Shown here piece by piece: positions 60,976 through 64,000 of a stretch of DNA of 64,000 nt. A program made the position numbers and the translations under genes. This stretch comes from Azolla caroliniana (Eukaryota; Plantae; Polypodiophyta), in contig JBHGNT010000005.1 in assembly GCA_043228905.1 (NCBI GenBank), positions 1,240,001-1,304,000 on the forward strand, read 5' to 3'. Numbering within the stretch: the first letter of the stretch is position 1; every line of letters begins with the position of its first letter. Below the pieces are notes generated by a model, which saw nothing but the letters and a program-made list of their open reading frames with translations, made no database searches and was not told the origin of the DNA.

Positions 60976-63914
60976 TGAAGAATACTTCTTGAGGTTGTGA
61001 TAAAGCTGAGTGTTGATGGTGTGGAGAAACATATTCTTGATGGTCGTGGAGATGAAGGACATGATTGGCATCGAGATGGGAGAGGATAGTTGTGGGCTAA
61101 CCAAGGTGGCCCACCGCGTTCTACGGGAAATCATTCATCATACCTCATGTAACATTACAAGAGTTGCAAGGTGGAGAATAGGTGACAAGAAAACAAGGAA
61201 AATTGTTCTAATTATGGAGCCGAAGGACATGGTCACATTCGAACGGAGGACGACATTCGATGTTCATTACATATACAATGTCTCCTGTCATTCCTTTTTT
61301 GTCTTTCACTATCCTTATTTTTGGTTGTCATAGGTCATCATGGCTAGAGCCATTGTAATGTTTTAAGCCTAATCATTTCGTCATGTATTTAGAATTCTAC
61401 CAATGAAGAACATTTTTTTCGAAAAAAAATAAAATAATCAAAAGACACATCCAACCAAAATGTGGGGTCTAAGATGGATGTAGCCAATTGGTCTAGAGAA
61501 TTGGATCCATTACATTTGCTTCTTGATGCATCAATATGTTCCTCCATCAATGAGACATTTTTTTGCAATACCTATGAATCACAATGTGGGAAAAAGATGG
61601 GCTTACATTTCACACATGATTTTACATATATTGTACCAAATTATATATGAAATCATGTTCTTCTACAAATTGGGAAACCATACTCGCCATAAATTTCTAG
61701 AGGCCATCCCCATGTTTGGCATCCACACCACTGCTTCCATACAGGTTAATTCACATCCTCTATGATGTGAGACATTGTGTAAAGGCATAATTGAGGAGGA
61801 GACTTGTTGATTATCATAAAGAAGTTCATGAGCCTTAAGTGTCACATGTTGATACAAAACCAAGTTTACCTTCACACATTCGTATTTGCTTTACACTCAT
61901 TGGCAATCCAATCCACTCCTTACATACATATCTCTTAGAGTCAATGTACCCTGTTGATTATAAAATTTCTTAAATATCGAGAGTCAGACTTACCCTTTTG
62001 ACCCAATTTAAGTTTTCTTTCAAAACATTGCCATTTCAGTCCAAGCCCTTTGATGCATTTTTCTTGTTGTCACAATATGCACTCCCAATTGCAACGTTAA
62101 TCAGTAGTAGACTTTTCAAACATCAAAACACATTAAACTCCATACATACTATGTGAAAATGTTTACTTTTTGGTCTTGTAGGTCTCGTCTAATCTTTTGG
62201 GAGGATGATGATAAACTTTTCTTCTCTCTCTCTCTCTCTCTCAAAACACCCTTTTGATTTCAAAACTCCTAAAGTACCTATCATTTCTCAAATACCTGGT
62301 TATTCTCTTTCTATTTATCATATAATGTGTTTTATTCACATACTAGTAGAGTATCCTTACACAAGGTCTTGGGTTCAAGTCCTTTTTCTTACACATCTAT
62401 TTAACACCAAATAATGGTTACCCTAGCATTCAAATTATAGCAATGAATCAAACTCACATCATAGTCTCCAAGATTGTATATAGTCATCTTAATTTATGTG
62501 GTCTCATCGGCTTCTCTCTCTCTCTCTCTCTCTCTCATCTAAGTAGCATACCCAAATCTCCACCAACAAGGGTGTGTACCAAAGAGTGTGTACAACCATC
62601 TCAATTTATGTGGTCTCATTAACTTCCTCTCTCTCCCTCTCTCTAATCTACATGGCATACTTGAGTCTCCCGCAAGAAGGCACATACATGTGTACATTAT
62701 TGTTTAGATAGAGAGGTTTTGTTGCAAAAGGATAGAGTCACATATAATATGATATGTTTCAAACTATCCTCCTTGTGGAGGATAGCTATATATTGCATTA
62801 TATTATTTGGTGAGTTGTATCATTTCAAATCTCACCAATTTACATTCATTTATTAGATCATATGATAGGTTATGAGGTTGGAAAGCATACCCTTAAGGGT
62901 TTTGATATGTAGTCATGGCCTAATTAGTTTGGGATGATGTTCTTGAATCGAAGAGACAATGTTATAAGCCAAACTGGCTATAGTTTGCATGAAATCACCT
63001 TGGCAATATCACTTTGTGCCATTGCTCATTTGCGGCCATGTAAACATCTAACACATGTCACACTCATAGTCACCCTTCAACATCAACATAACATTCCTCA
63101 TTTATGATGCCATTATGCATGAAGAAGCCTTTCCAACATCACTTGGTGCCATTGCAAATTTTCTTTGTCAACATTCATTACATGGACATGCATAGTGTCA
63201 CAAATATCAAACAAATGGATAGAAGGGTGTGCTAATAAATAGATGAGAGAAATGAGAGGATTGATATTTGATGAGTAGGAGACCAAATGAACAAACGAGG
63301 AGCAAACATGGGGGAGTTTGGATGAGACGATGAGCCAATAAATAGATGGTGTAGAGTTAATGCAAGGGTGCAAATAGAGACACAATGAACAAAAGAGAGG
63401 ATGAGTGAATAAGGAGGATTTTGATAAGAGCAAATGGAGTAACAAAATCAAACAAGTAGAGCCAAAAAGGGTGAAGGGTGAGGAACCTAGGAACAACCCA
63501 TGGGCCTGATGTGAGAGACAAGGAGAATGTAAGGGAGATGAGGGAATCTAATTTTAGGGAGATGATGCAAATGGTAGAACACATTAGTGCGACCATGACT
63601 AGTGTTGATATCCTTGAGATAAATAGGTGGGGGCTTTTATACGTTATAGTTACAATACACAAACTATGCATACAACCTCTCTAGACTTTAGAATATGGTC
63701 AAATTTCTCAACCAAACATTACAATACAAACTTAACCTACACACACCCACCTTACAATTCATCCCTTGGTGGCCATGGCATGTGGAGCCACCCTTCCAAC
63801 TTAAACATAACATTTCTTGTTCATTGACCACGCCAACATCCATCACCTACCACTTGCATTTGCTAAGTTTCTCCATATCTCAACAAAGCATCCTAAACAA
63901 TAAAGAAGGAAATG

Positions 63915-63917
<3 letters not shown>

Positions 63918-64000
<83 letters not shown>
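63918..64000. repeat. (GA)n microsatellite running off the window
   Basis: Pure dinucleotide run. Confidence 0.98.

Overview
AT-rich, repeat-dominated eukaryotic DNA from a land plant, most likely a fern or other non-seed plant. That assignment is inferred from the Tcn1-like and Phygy/Selgy-like gypsy lineages sitting next to vascular-plant signalling genes. There are two host genes: an SKM1/At2g25790-like LRR receptor pseudokinase (36504-40275, +) and a BKI1/MAKR-like kinase regulator (58643-59797, -). The rest is mostly transposons in two nested stacks. Stack 1 is a young Ty3/gypsy element (12501-27433, tRNA-Trp PBS). It is interrupted in integrase by a 7.07-kb TIR element with an 8-bp TSD and a P-element-like transposase remnant (18814-25879), which itself holds a Mutator-type fold-back MITE. 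Stack 2 is a 5'-truncated LINE hit by a solo LTR and, 87 bp away, by a 9.2-kb rearranged chromovirus insertion (45383-54601). That insertion has one 5-bp TSD, three near-identical LTRs, an inverted internal tandem dimer, a 1.22-kb inverted repeat and an in-frame gag-pol fusion deletion. The sequence also shows a Tf1-type self-priming signal, two candidate -1 frameshift cassettes and antisense Pol III (tRNA-like) boxes in unrelated LTR families. All coordinates and comparisons were read by eye; no database searches or folding programs were run.
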